A stretch of 64,000 nt of DNA from Takakia lepidozioides (Eukaryota > Plantae > Bryophyta), in NCBI GenBank assembly GCA_030704615.1, contig CM060731.1, positions 65,534,001 to 65,598,000 of the forward strand, written 5' to 3'. Positions 37,847 to 49,836 of the stretch are shown one piece after another (position 1 is the stretch's first letter; every line of letters begins with the position of its first letter). The notes below the pieces were generated by a model. The model was not told where the DNA came from. It saw nothing but the letters and a program-made list of their open reading frames with translations, and made no database searches. Position numbers and translations under genes: made by a program.

Positions 37847-38185
37847 CTTTTTTTTATGGGCCTAAATTAAAAAGTTTGTAAAATGGAAAGGAAAAAAAAA
37901 AATTTAATTTTAAATTTAAAAAAAAAAAAAAAAGCCATTTTGGCAAAAAAAAAAAAAAAAAAGATGCCATTGTTCCAGACTGGTGCTAGGTTAGTCGGGG
38001 ACTGGCCTAAAACTAACCCCCTAACTCTAACTAAAATGGCTTAACAAGTCAAGATATTGAATGGAAAACTAAAATGGCTTAACAAGTCAAGATATTGAAT
38101 GGAAAACAATGGTCTGCTCAATGCTTTTTTTTTTTTCCGCTCATGCTCATGCCGCTCATGAATAGCAGCCCCCCCCCCGGGAGGA

Positions 38186-41100
38186 CGCAGAAGAGTTAGC
38201 AGCACATGCATGGAGTTGGGGTTGTCTCGCAAGGGAAAAACCTGCTCCTCCAGCATTTCAATCTCCTGAAAGCTCAGATGTGTTCCCACCTTCACGGGCC
38301 AAACGGTTGGAGGAGTTGGCTTCATTACTACGGAAGGACGCACAGTTCCATGCACACATCTGGCACAATCATCTGCGCAGAACCAGAACTTGTGGTTCTT
38401 GCTTCTGGTTGACCGTATGGACGCAGCAAGCCCGTGAAAGTCGAAGCAGGAGTTCGGCACCACCTCTTGATATAGATGAAGTGCACTTCTTGAAATTAGT
38501 TGCCCTGATCGTGTACATTTCACACGAGACCCTACACTTGTGCGTTCTATGTGCCAAACGTGGTCGGGGCATGCGGACTCAAGCACATCAAGGGGTTGTT
38601 TCTCTCCTGCACCATTTCAGTGGCACTGTTTGATGTTGGAGCTTGCCGTCGTGTTGGGAGGTTCCTCCACAATGGAGGTTCCGGATATGGAGCTGTCATG
38701 CAGGTGGAACAGAGGCTTCGAGAATTATCACGGTCTGCCCTGTGGGAATCTGAATCCGAACCAGGTGAGTGTTCAATTTCCTCTTACAGGACCCGAATCT
38801 CTCCTCCCCTTCAAGATGTGGAACTCTAGAAACAAGTGGCGTTCCCTGGGCATACATGCTCACACCCCCGCCCATGCTATCTTGATTGGATCCCCAGATC
38901 TGTTTGTCAGCACGCAACATCAACTCCCATTTGTCCGGACCCTTGCCACAACCCCACTCGTAAGAAATCACGTTATCGGGTTTGTTGTTGCAAGGCACGT
39001 ATCAAATCATCTGTTGTTGCCACATATAAATCCCGACCCTCGTTTCCCAGACTGCTGCAACCATGCGTTGTGCACAGTTTCTTCTGCCAAATTGCAAGAT
39101 GACATGTCCGCCATTTCCTCAATGGACATGTTCTTCAAAGAGGATAACCACACTTCAGAACAGTGCACAGGAAACAACATAAAGAAAGCAATGAGTCAAA
39201 ATATGGAAAGCAAATGTATGAATAAAGCATGAAATAGAAGCCTCGTACCATTGTCATGGCTGCTCCCCACTGTCTATACCGGAAGTGCCAAAACGCCAGC
39301 CAATCTCCAGTGCTCTCATACTCTCAAGTGATGCAGCTCCAGAAGAGAAACCACCATGCACGAATTGTCTGGAACAAAGTGTCCGCCTCCTTCATTGTTC
39401 TAGCATCTTTGTACTCTTTGCACAATTTACGGTGCTGAGTCTGCATCTCTGGTTTGATGTCCGACTTTGTATGTTTTTCCTGAGATTGTGTCCAATGGAA
39501 TAGACATGTACGCTCTCTTCCTGGCATAGGCACTTTTGGGTCGCCCGATCCGAAGACAATACGAACAGCATTGAAATTTGCTTGAGCACTATCCGCCATG
39601 AAACCTGCAAAATTTGGAGATGGCAGCCCATGACACGTATCAGGGAATTCCACTGAGCTTCTGGGATTCCGTATCCTCGGATTGCATGTCACAAACTGCA
39701 TTGTCATACTCTTTGATACACTGGATCGTAGACATGATTGACAGAGGCTGTACAGACTTTAAACCACGGAGGCATTTCAGCAGATTCAGATACGTATATC
39801 TGAATCTTGCTTAAGTGCATCAGGATGGAAGGTATGGAAGTTGGCCTCACTAGAAGCATTCGTGTCTTTTCCGAATCGACTGCATGTCCAAAACCACTGA
39901 GGGAACAACTTTCCATTGTCGTCCAATCCTTCACTCGTTTCACATGATCAAACATAAGAAAACAATTCTGCAAGTCCCCGTCTTCTGCATTCCGCTTCAC
40001 GAGGCTAACCCCCCTGCCCTCCCCCACAGTCGACATTTTGAAAAGAAAACTTGATGGCACCTTGACCTGGGAATACATTGTCATGGATGTAATCGTCTTG
40101 CTCACGTCGTTTCAATTCCAAAATGTTGTCTATGTAGCCTCTGATCCAGAGCCCATTCTCAATGCATTGATCTGATGCCGAATTTTTAGGTGAACTTAAA
40201 GTGGAGAAATGATCCATGACCAGGTCAATGCTGCACCGTCAAGTTTAGTCCCCACAGAATCCCCCCTTCACTCAAAATATGGCTTTCCAGAAGGACTTGC
40301 TTGCGCCAAAGCAATTGCAGATGTTTGTTGCGGATGGGTTTTCTCCGAACTCCTGTTTGATCAACCTCGATACTGTCTCAACACTCTCCCGTAATCCCCC
40401 TTCGAGACAGGATGTTATGGAATCCAAAATGCACACAAGCTCTCGTCATTGTATTCAAACGGTGGACAACATAGTACATTCTTGCTCCGCAGAGCGCCAA
40501 ACAGGATGCACAAGTTTTGCAGAATTTGCAGACGAAAGTGTTTTGCCGTTGGAGGGCAGTCCCAAGTCTGAATGGATTTTCCTTCCGCCGACCCTCCGAT
40601 AACCCTCCCTCGCTTTGATTATGAAACCCCAGACTAAGAAGTGTCTGCAATTCAAATTATCACACCTAAGGTGTCCATTGCAAACTTTCCTCCCTGAAAA
40701 CAAGCTTGTCATCATTCTGAATAATTGGATGTTTTTGTTCTGCAACCACGGTGCCCGTCGGGTTTCTTGTCCATTCCCATGCATGCATGATTGTTACACC
40801 TCCACTCGCGGGAGAGGGAGGTAGCTCGAATATATTCGCCATCGAAAAGTCTCCGGCAAGAACTTCACAGGCGCCTACTTCAAAGATTTCCAATCAATTC
40901 CCCCGCACTCACTTTTGAATCCACCATTCCTCCCTTGCCCTCAATTTTGGAATGACACTACAAATCTCTTCTTCGTCAAGCTTCTCCAACCACAGTAGGA
41001 AGACTGGATTTGGAATTTCACTTATGTCATCATCGGAAAGAATCCGAAAGCCTCAACGATTGGAGTTGAGGACGTCTGTTCTTTTGTCCCCAGAGACACC

Positions 41101-41433
41101 CACCAGACCTGTCCAGCCCACCGGAACGGGGTAACCACCGGTGCAAGGACCACCGCACCCACGGGGAGACCCCCACCTTTCCCCACCACCCTCCCTCTTT
41201 TCTTACCCGCCTCCCCGAAGCATTGCAGTCCCCGGGCGTCAGTCACAGATGACCCAAGGTCTTTCACCGAGGCTCTCCAAGTACTGCTGTATCGCCCAGG
41301 ACCAACTCCCAGAACTGGTCTGATATTAGCCGTCTGCAATCAACGGTTTTCGTAAAGAATATTTCTCCAACTTCTTCACACAACATTTCTTCACCAACTC
41401 CCCTTAAGAAAACTCCGCTTCAGAGGAAGCCAT
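38186..41433 (-). mobile_element. Second, diverged and degenerate MULE-like transposase
   Basis: CNGHLRCDNLNC, CKFCKTC...RACVHFGFH, LMFDHVKRVKDWTTM, FAGFMADSAQANFNA...ERTCLFHWTQ: collinear with the 31306-34350 protein. Many frameshifts; about 170-bp insertion at 39740-39912. Confidence 0.8.
39848..39889 (+). mobile_element. CACTA terminal inverted repeat (42 bp)
   Basis: CACTAGAAGCATTCGTGTCTTTTCCGAATCGACTGCATGTCC; 41/42 match to the reverse complement of 51274-51315. Confidence 0.85.
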
Positions 41434-42644
41434 CTTCCTTCTCGCGTACGTTTGTACCTTGCTATCGCAGATCTAGTGTAAATCGGTTTACTGATGTCTC
41501 CAGAACACAGTTGAAGAATGAGCAGAGAATATGGCGGAGGAAGCTCAGATAACGACTGTGCATATTATGTTATTCTTTCCAGATATGCAGCCGTCCATTT
41601 AATTACTTTTCTTGTGGGCCCAGTGGTCAGAGTATCCCTAGGTGCAGTGTCGGCAGCTGTAAAACCGTTAACCAAACCTCATCAATAAACCCAAAAACAA
41701 AGCCGACTTCCTGGAAGCATGCCACAGGATCTGAGAATGGGATTGCAGATTAAAGAAATGTATCTATATACTACTACCAATGATCATGCGCACCTGGAAA
41801 GTTCCAAATGTGAAACGATGTGGGGTTTGGCTAACAAGGATGACCGTGTATGATATTCCAATTTGTCATCAAACTCTCGTTCATTTACATTTATTTGTGT
41901 AAGACTGCGCCAAAATTTCTGGGATTCGCTGTTATTTTTAAATATTGAAACCGTTCTAATAAAGAACACGCCGTTTTTTTGGGCGACACACGTCAGACAT
42001 CCATAACTGAATACGAACAGCTGTACACCAATTGCTGGCATGTGCACTAATAAGGGAACGACTATGTGTAACGGTCACGCGGGAGGGAATCCGATGCTTC
42101 TAGAGACACGCAAGAACGCAGGCAATCCCGCAAGAAATCGGGAGTCACTGCGTTTTCTACTTTTCGCGCTTAGAGGAGAGTGGTAGTCAAGCTGGAGAGG
42201 GTTCCTTCTAGAATACGAAAGAGAAGAAAGTCGCTTTATTTTACTTCCCTTAGAGAGAGACGCAGAGCAAGAGAGAAAATGACGAGGCGTCGTTTGTTGG
42301 AGAACACAGGGCCAAGGCAGCAGGTGAACGCGGAGACTGATTCACAAGAGCAGACGGAGACTGAGGCAGCGGCTATGACACAGTCGGCGATAAGAGTGCG
42401 CCAGCCTGTGGGGCAGAGATGATTCGCATGGACACTGAAGGAGGTGGAAGCACGCGGAACGCCGAACCGGGAGAAGGTCAAGAAACCCTAGCGCAGACAG
42501 AAATTCCAGCAGATGTGAGAGGGAAGAGGAAAGCTGCAGAAGGGGATCAAATTTCAAAACCTAAGAAGGTGCCAGTAAGTTTTATCTAACTTACATTTCA
42601 TTGCTGAAGATATGCGTAGAGATTGAGTGGAATGTCCCAGACAG

Positions 42645-43147
42645 GGATTGTCGCTACCGACCATCACAAAGGTGATTTGCTTTCTACTCCTCTGCGAAGG
42701 GTTTACCAGCACAATGAGTTGGTGACTATCGGTACAGTCATTCACTGGTGTTCAGATCATACAGTCTGTCTGATTGCCTTTCAAGGAGTCTTTCCTCTTC
42801 CCTTCTTTAGCATGAACTACTGAATTGCGAGCGTCGTTAACGCCATTTGATTCTCCTCATGAGATTTATGTACCTATGTGTTTGAAGAGAGAGTCTGCAC
42901 TTACTATCCGCCCTAAACTACACTGAATGTCGTTGCCGCCAATCAGTTGCACATGTATGTCATTACACAACACCGATCCGGCAGGTCGTTATCTTTTGTG
43001 ATTGTCGTTAACGCCGTTCGCTATCGCTCTCGCTTTTGTTTTGAATACGGCAGTATCAGCTTTGCTTGTGAAGATTGTGCTGATTCTTTCACACCATTCA
43101 TGGTGAGTTTCCTTGAGACAGAGTGATGGTCGTTACCGCCATTCACT
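42645..43147. repeat. Degenerate 24-bp palindrome cluster in inferred intron 1
   Basis: Variants at about 42645, 42722, 42831, 42923 (ctgaatgtcgttgccgccaatcag), 42998 (gtgattgtcgttaacgccgttc) and 43122 (agtgatggtcgttaccgccattcact). Confidence 0.65.
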
Positions 43148-45004
43148 GTTTGCAAATCACTCAGTCAGAACTGAATGGCATCGTGCAGAAAACTGCGAGG
43201 TCGAAGCCTACAGGATCAGAGGGGAAAAGATCTGGAGATGGGGACGAGTCCGCAAAAAGCTCAGAGAATACAGATGAAGCAGATGAATCCGAAGTGCACT
43301 ACCTTGACAAGGTGAAAGAACTCATGTCATTCCAGAAGGTAAACTCTCAGGAGGTTATAAGGGACATGCTCGTATCTGGAGGGCGTCTGGACATACCTCT
43401 GTGCCGGATGATATCAATGCCTGTTGTGCGTCCACCTCTTTCCCATGACATAACAAAATTGGAGAGTGATTTTGTGCATGGATATAGACTTGGTGCACAA
43501 GTTTTTTATGTGTCACTGACGGATATAAATGGAAAAGCACATTAGTGTTCCAGAGATCAGTGATAACTGGGATGAGTGCTAGAAAGATGCCAATGAGGAG
43601 TTCGAGCTGGGCCTCATGATGGGAAAGAACACCCAGCAATTCTGCAACCACATATTCTACGTCTAGGACGGCAACCACCGATTGCTGGCATGGATGGGAT
43701 ACATTCAGAAACACCATTCGAAAGACAAAGACAAGCATGTTGCTGTGGAGGCAATGGTTTTGGATCCTGGAAACGACATCGCTAGGCTTCTTACAGCTAT
43801 GCACGACGTGAACAAGTAAGTCATCCAGGAGATTTCATTCCCTCTGTAGTGTCTTATTAATCCTCAAAAAACAGTGTTAAGGAATGCAATGTTTCCATGT
43901 TTTTGCAGATCGACAGAGAAATCGCATGTGACAACAAGCTTGGTTCACACACTATTCCGAATTCAGAGGATTGGTCTGATGAAGCTGGATGATTTTCGGA
44001 CAGTACTACCACCCAATATCATCAAGAAGTGCGAAACAGGAAGAGCTGCAGGCACTTGGTATTCTTTGACACGAGAGGCGTTTCTGGAGTACATGTATGC
44101 AGTAAGCCCGAGTCTGTACTCTTTTTACTTTTCGAATACATGTTTATAGTCCCTTCGGAGCTAATCACTACTTGAATCAATGCAGCAAGAACTGGCAGAG
44201 GCAGCTGAGAAGGGAAAATCCGAATATTACCGCACTACACCAGAAGAACTAAGGACATCAAAGGGTGTGGAAGCTGCAATAAAGAAGGAGTTTGAAATGT
44301 GAAGAACCAAATTGATGTCCGCCTTCGGAAAGCAGCTTAGAATAGTAGATCCTGGACTTGGTCCTGAGTTCCTTCAGCAGATCAAAACACACTATAACAA
44401 GCATGTGCATCCGGAGATGCAGCAGGAGAAATTGCACCGGCTGGCCATATCGATGGTCGACCCACAACAAAAATAAGGTGGCTGGAGATATGGAACTCAG
44501 ATCAAACAGTAAAGGACTTGAATCAGTTCCCAAAGAGCACTATACAGCCTGGCACAAAGGTGGAAGGAATCAGTGATTTGGTGTTTGATAACTGGCTCCA
44601 CAAGGCTACATTTTGGAGTCAGGTGTGTATTCGAACATGCTGTTTTCTTGTCTTCAAGTATGTGATGAGTATCTTATTTGCAATTCTGACAAATATACTA
44701 TTTGCAGCTCGAAAAGCGCGCCGTCATTGTGCTGGATTAGACTTTGAAGGACCTGAACATTTCGATTGTTTCCCCTCCCCAAATGTCATTGGAGGCATAC
44801 ATAAGGAAGTGGAGAGGTCTCACCTGGAGATACTGTTTTTTCCGGGAGAGGTAACATTTTACGGTCCAACGACTTTGACAGTCAGGTTGGAGGAGAGTGG
44901 GCCATGATGTGAGTTGTGTACAGGTGCAATGTCATACTTGAAACTCTACTGTTTTTTTTGGGAAAAAATGTGGCTTCATATGGATTGCAATCTTAGATCC
45001 AGAT

Positions 45005-45727
45005 TGAATGTCGTTGACGACATTCACTTCTTTGTCTGAGTCATTCTTAAGCGAGTATATGAATTCACCTGGTTAGGATCTAAGGGTGCAATTATATTGT
45101 CCCTGATTAGAATTGATAATGTCCTTGAATGGCGTTGACGACATTCACATACGGAGTTGTTGAGAGGTCCTCAGAGTTATGTAAATTTTTGTAATGTCCA
45201 TAGAGGTTACAGTGAGGGTTCCTCACTTCATTTTGCTGAATGTCAATGCAGACATTCAGTTGTTCTGCATTGTTTTTGCTTCTTGCGAGGAATCTGGAGG
45301 CTTGATAAGCTCTGTTATGAGAAATCCAAAGTGATTGTCGTTGACGACATTCACTGCTGTGTCTGTATTATTCAACAACGACAAATTGAATTTACATGGA
45401 TTGGGAGCTAAGTAATTGGTTTCTTTTTGGTATTTTTGTGAATGGCGTTGACGCCATTCACATACAGTGATGTTGTGAGGTCCTCAATGATATGTTCGTT
45501 ATGAATGTGCATTGAGTTTTCCTGGAGGGTTCCTTACTCGATTTTTTGATTTCCATCCTGTGATTTTTCTTCATTTAAGTAATAATTTGGCTTCATTAGT
45601 GAATGTCGTTGACGACATTCACTTCTATGTCTGTGTCATTCCTAAACGATAATTTGCATTCACCTGGATTAGGGCGTATTTACAGTATCATTGAATGGAA
45701 TGTTCTGAATGGCGTTGACGACATTCA
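45005..45727. repeat. Six GTGAATG(T/G)CGT-TG-ACG(A/C)CATTCAC palindromes in inferred intron 5
   Basis: Copies at 45005, 45126, 45331, 45438, 45599 and 45706. Five are also present in the duplicate at about 51415-52036. Confidence 0.92.
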
Positions 45728-48536
45728 TATTTGGAGCAGTAGTGTGGTCCTGAAAGGTCCTTGGAACAGTTCTCAGAGCCATTTCAATCTATGTTTTTTT
45801 CATTCTGTTCTACTTGCATCTTACTCACTGAGCGCTTTTGTGGGTTGGGATTTATCTCTTTTTTTCAGGTACACGAAATATGTGCTTATGGAAGGAAATC
45901 ACCTGAGCGGAATTCCTGACTATCTTGACATGTGGTCGGACCCTGCAAACGATCCAACCATGTATACTGCAGGGATATTGAAGGACTGGAGTCCTTCTCA
46001 CTTCAAAGACTGTGGGTGGTACCTTGACTGCCCACCTGAGCACACGACCTTTCAAGAACAACATATGAAATACTTGAACAATAACGCTGAGATGCTGGCG
46101 CCTTTGACTGACGAAGAGTATCAACGAAACATAGCAACATTGGCTGCCAAGGAGCCTGATACTCAGGGAACGCCGCAGAAGGGAAAGAAGGCGGGCCGCA
46201 AACCAAAAGACAAGGCTGTTGATGTCATAGCCATCTCACCAGCAAAGCCAAAGGACAAAGACAAGTCCAAAGAGAAGGAAAATGACAAGGGGAGGGAGAA
46301 TGAAAAGGAGATAGAGAGTGGGCAGGACTTTACTACTGGAAGATATACCCGCACTGTTCAGTGCGTGTTCGATGCCAAACCACACCCTTCCCGTTCTGAT
46401 TCAGCAGGAGAGATGAAAATTGTTAATGAGGGTTGGCTGTCGATGATGCAGAGTCGAAAGAGAGGATACACTAGGGTGCCATCCCCTACCTGGGACAATA
46501 TAATCTCATTCCTCAATCTGGTGAGAATTCCAGTTTCTTTCCTTTTTCTCTGAAAGTTTCGTTGGTAGTATTTCATTCTCGTTCTTTGAAAACAATCTTG
46601 CCATCGTTCTTATAAAAAACATGTCTGTTGCAGGTGAGCACAGGTCCCACCTTCGTGTGCGGTGTGCAGAAAACTTATGCGGCCGACATTGTCATTCTCA
46701 ACATCCCGGATGGCCAGGCTGTGCCAGAAGTTCTTCCAAAGGGCAAGACGCCAGGCTGGAACAAATTCGAGGACAACTACTGGAGTTGGGTGTTCGGGTT
46801 CTGTAAGAACTTCTTCTCTGATGCAGGGACACTTCTGCTTTTTCAGTCATGTGACAATGATAGTCGTCGGGCATTGGCATCATACCTCAAGTCTTCAGGG
46901 TTTGAAGTTTTGCGCACATGGAATTATGTGAACAGCCTCTACCTTGTGAAAGGGGGTTTCCCTGGTCAGCTGGTATGTCGTCTCCCTTCTGCTCGTGCTT
47001 TGATCATGAGTTTCAATTCCACTATAGATTGTGTTTACCACACTAACCTTCTATCTTTGCCAGACGAGGATGTTCGAGGCGATCTGCCTGCGGAGGATTC
47101 GCACTTCAAAGACACCATCCTCCATCCGCAACTTTGAGATTTCTGACAGGGTTGTTTCGTCAACCCCCCCTATGAGCCCCATGTCGATGACATTTTGTAC
47201 AACTTCATGCAGTCCAGTCAGACTCTGAAGAGACCAGATGGCACTCCCTGGAGAGGTGCAAAGGAAAAGTCACCAGCGTTCATGCAAATACTGCTGGAGT
47301 CATGCAGCCACCGCTCTGCACGGGTGGTCGATCTTTCTGTGTCCACAGGTTTGTTTTTTCCCTTCCGAATTGGTTTCCTTTCAACAGTTTCATCTGCTTA
47401 AATCCCCCCCTCCAAACTGTTCATGTTCTCCTGTGTGGTGCAGGAGCAACTTACCATGCATGCAAGGCAGGCGGAAGAAGCCTTTTTGGCATGGAGGGTG
47501 ATTCTGACCTCTACAACATAGTGCTCCTCCCCCTTTTGTCTGGCTCCACTTTAGGCACACAGACTGATCAGATTCAAATTCGAAATGATGACGATCCCGA
47601 CGCACCCAGAAAGAAGTGGAGTGTATTCCCGCAGATTGGCACCCTTTACCGCGGAAACAAGCTGGACGACATAATAAAAGGCATTGAATAAAGGATGGAT
47701 GAATGTACAATTGGATGATAAACAGATGGATGAGTGTGAAAAATGAATGTAGATGGATGAATGAGGAATGGATAAGAGTAAAATGGATGAATGTATAATG
47801 GATGTTGAGCAATGACAAAAATTCATGACAGGAAGATGCATGACCAAATCTTTTGACGAATGCACAACGTATATGAAATGAGTGTGGAAGGTTTGTGGGG
47901 TGGATTAAAGAGTACAGAGGATGAATGTACAATGGATGTTGTACAAAGGAAAAAATTCATGAATGGAGAACGCATGAATACAGTGTAGATGAATGCACAA
48001 TGGATATGAGAAGAGTCAGGGAGGTTTGTGAGATGGATTCATACATATTGCAATTTAAACGAAAGTTGATTCTGTGATTATTATTTGTTCTAAAGGAACA
48101 AATACGGTGGAGGAAGGGGATTCAACGTTTTCCAGATAATATGAAAATGAATATTAAAAGAATACAGTTCAGTCTGACTCAGAGTCAGTACAATGTATCC
48201 CCGCTTCCTCTGCATCTAAGTCTAAGTATTTTTGTAGAACACCGGATCCACGCTGGATACACCTACGGCTGGGCAGTAAAAAGTCAGGGGATAGGGACTC
48301 GGCCGCGTGAAGTGCCATTGCTTCGGCATAAACAGGAAGCAGAAAATTGGAAAGGGGGTTGTCGAAAACAGACTCGCCAGAAATGACTGTATCTCCTGAA
48401 GATCCACCGCTGCCTTTCCTGAAAGACAGCCTAAAAAAGTTATTACTGTAACTTTGATGTTATCGAGAAATTGAGTATGACTCCCAAAGAGGGTTTAGCA
48501 CTTACTCACATGAAAAGTCGTTGTCGACCTGCTTAT

Positions 48537-49836
48537 CTTCGGGGTACGATGGCGCCAGGTCCTCAAACAGCCATAATGCGTGTAAGTCGAGTGTTTAGGA
48601 AGATTTGTGCGAAGGTGTGGGATTCGAGGGACATTACATCGTTGCATGAGGATGTGGCTATGACCCTATGTTTGCTGGAGAAAGAATTCCCTCCATCATT
48701 CTTTGACGTCATGACGCACTTGCTAGTGCATCTTGTAGAGGAGTTGCATGTGTGTGGGCCCGTAGCCAGCCGGTGGATGTACCCCATGGAGAGGTACATG
48801 AAGGATCTGAAGGGGTATGTACGCAACATGGCACGGCCAGAGGGGAGTATGGCGGAGGGCTACATCCGCGACGAAGCCCTGGGCTTCATGACAGAGTATA
48901 TGTCTTCGTTTGATGCAATACAACGACGGGTGTGGGACGAGAACGAGGAAGAAGGAGTTGTAGGCGAGGTCCTAGAAGGTGGTGGAACAAAGCGTGCCAT
49001 GAGCCCGCGCCTTCGGGATGTGGCACATGATTATATGCTGAACAACACAACAACCATGACACCATGGAGACAGTGGGTGCCAACTTACATCCCTCCTGTG
49101 CTATTCTTAATGGTCTTTGTATGCTGGAATTACATATATATTGTCACAAGTCATTCCGGCCACTATGGGAGTGGGATCGTGTACTAACAGGGTGCTTCAG
49201 ACGGCTACAGAGGGTGTTTCGTAGATCTTGGTTGTTGCTTGCAAGTGATTATGAAGTAGGCTGCATCACTACAGTGTGCTTGAAAGGACACACACTCTGC
49301 ATGTGGCATGCATGTATAGCACGGTGTTGGTCAGGGGGACTGAGTTGCAGCTTCTATTTGGTTTCTGCCCTCACAAGTTCGCAGCGGAGAAGGTCCGCCT
49401 GAAAACGGAACGGAGTGCATTTGCAAAAACATGGCGGAGGGGCGGTTGTAGGCGCAGATCCCCGGTGGAGTACCCCACAACAATGGAGGAGCTGCAGCCC
49501 TTTACAGTGTGGGTCAGATCTGCAATTGCAGTGTACGCATCAGAGAACGAGGACCCAGATGAGGGCATGGTGAGTCTGTCATTCCCCCCAGGGCTGATTG
49601 CCACTTCGTACCGGTCAATGAAAGCATATGGCAATCACTATAGAGTGGACGATGCCAACACCAGCCTCCTGGTGACTTATGACAGCGGAGTGGCATCATT
49701 TTTTGAACAAGAGAGTAGGAACTGTGCACGAGATCAGAATCCAATTTCATGCCATGTGCAATATGTAGGAGTGATCAAAGAGATCCTTAAACTAGACTAT
49801 GGTCTTGTGAAGCCAATTCTATTCCGTAACCTGTAA
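48537..49836 (+). mobile_element. CACTA Tnp2 C-terminal part (DUF4218/DUF4216-type region)
   Basis: LCLLEKEFPPSFFDVMTHLLVHL...GPV..RWMYPMERYMK.LKGYVRN.ARPEGSMAEGY; NHYRV...YDSGV...YVGVIKEILKLDY. Confidence 0.92.

Larger units (their letters stand above)
42279..47691 (+). pseudogene. Multi-exon ParB/Sulfiredoxin-like plus beta-class amino-(N4C/N6A) DNA methyltransferase-like gene, full length but disrupted in this copy
   Basis: Inferred exons 42279-42574, 43165-43815, 43909-44101, ~44186-44622, ~44708-44850, 45869-46520, 46634-46972, 47064-47348, 47444-47691 (GT-AG). ParB-like VRP..DI.KL..DF..G / DGNHRLLAW / terminal N. MTase-like ADIVIL(N/D)IPDG...CKNFFSDAGTLLLF...GFEVLRTW...KEKSPAFMQILLESCS..ARVVDLSVSTGATYHAC..GRSLFGMEGD. 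Confidence 0.78.

Noticed and set aside
45005-45727. CRISPR-like array of palindromic repeats
   Set aside because: Spacers are about 85-180 bp, irregular and partly homologous to each other; no cas genes; located in a eukaryotic intron.
42279-47691. Bacterial or phage contamination
   Set aside because: Spliceosomal introns interrupt conserved motifs and copies are interleaved with plant transposons.
29933-49836. One CACTA transposase simply split by nested insertions
   Set aside because: The central Tnp2 core between STWP and LRG is absent, no TSDs are visible and no matching TIR was found upstream of 29933; common origin is unproven.
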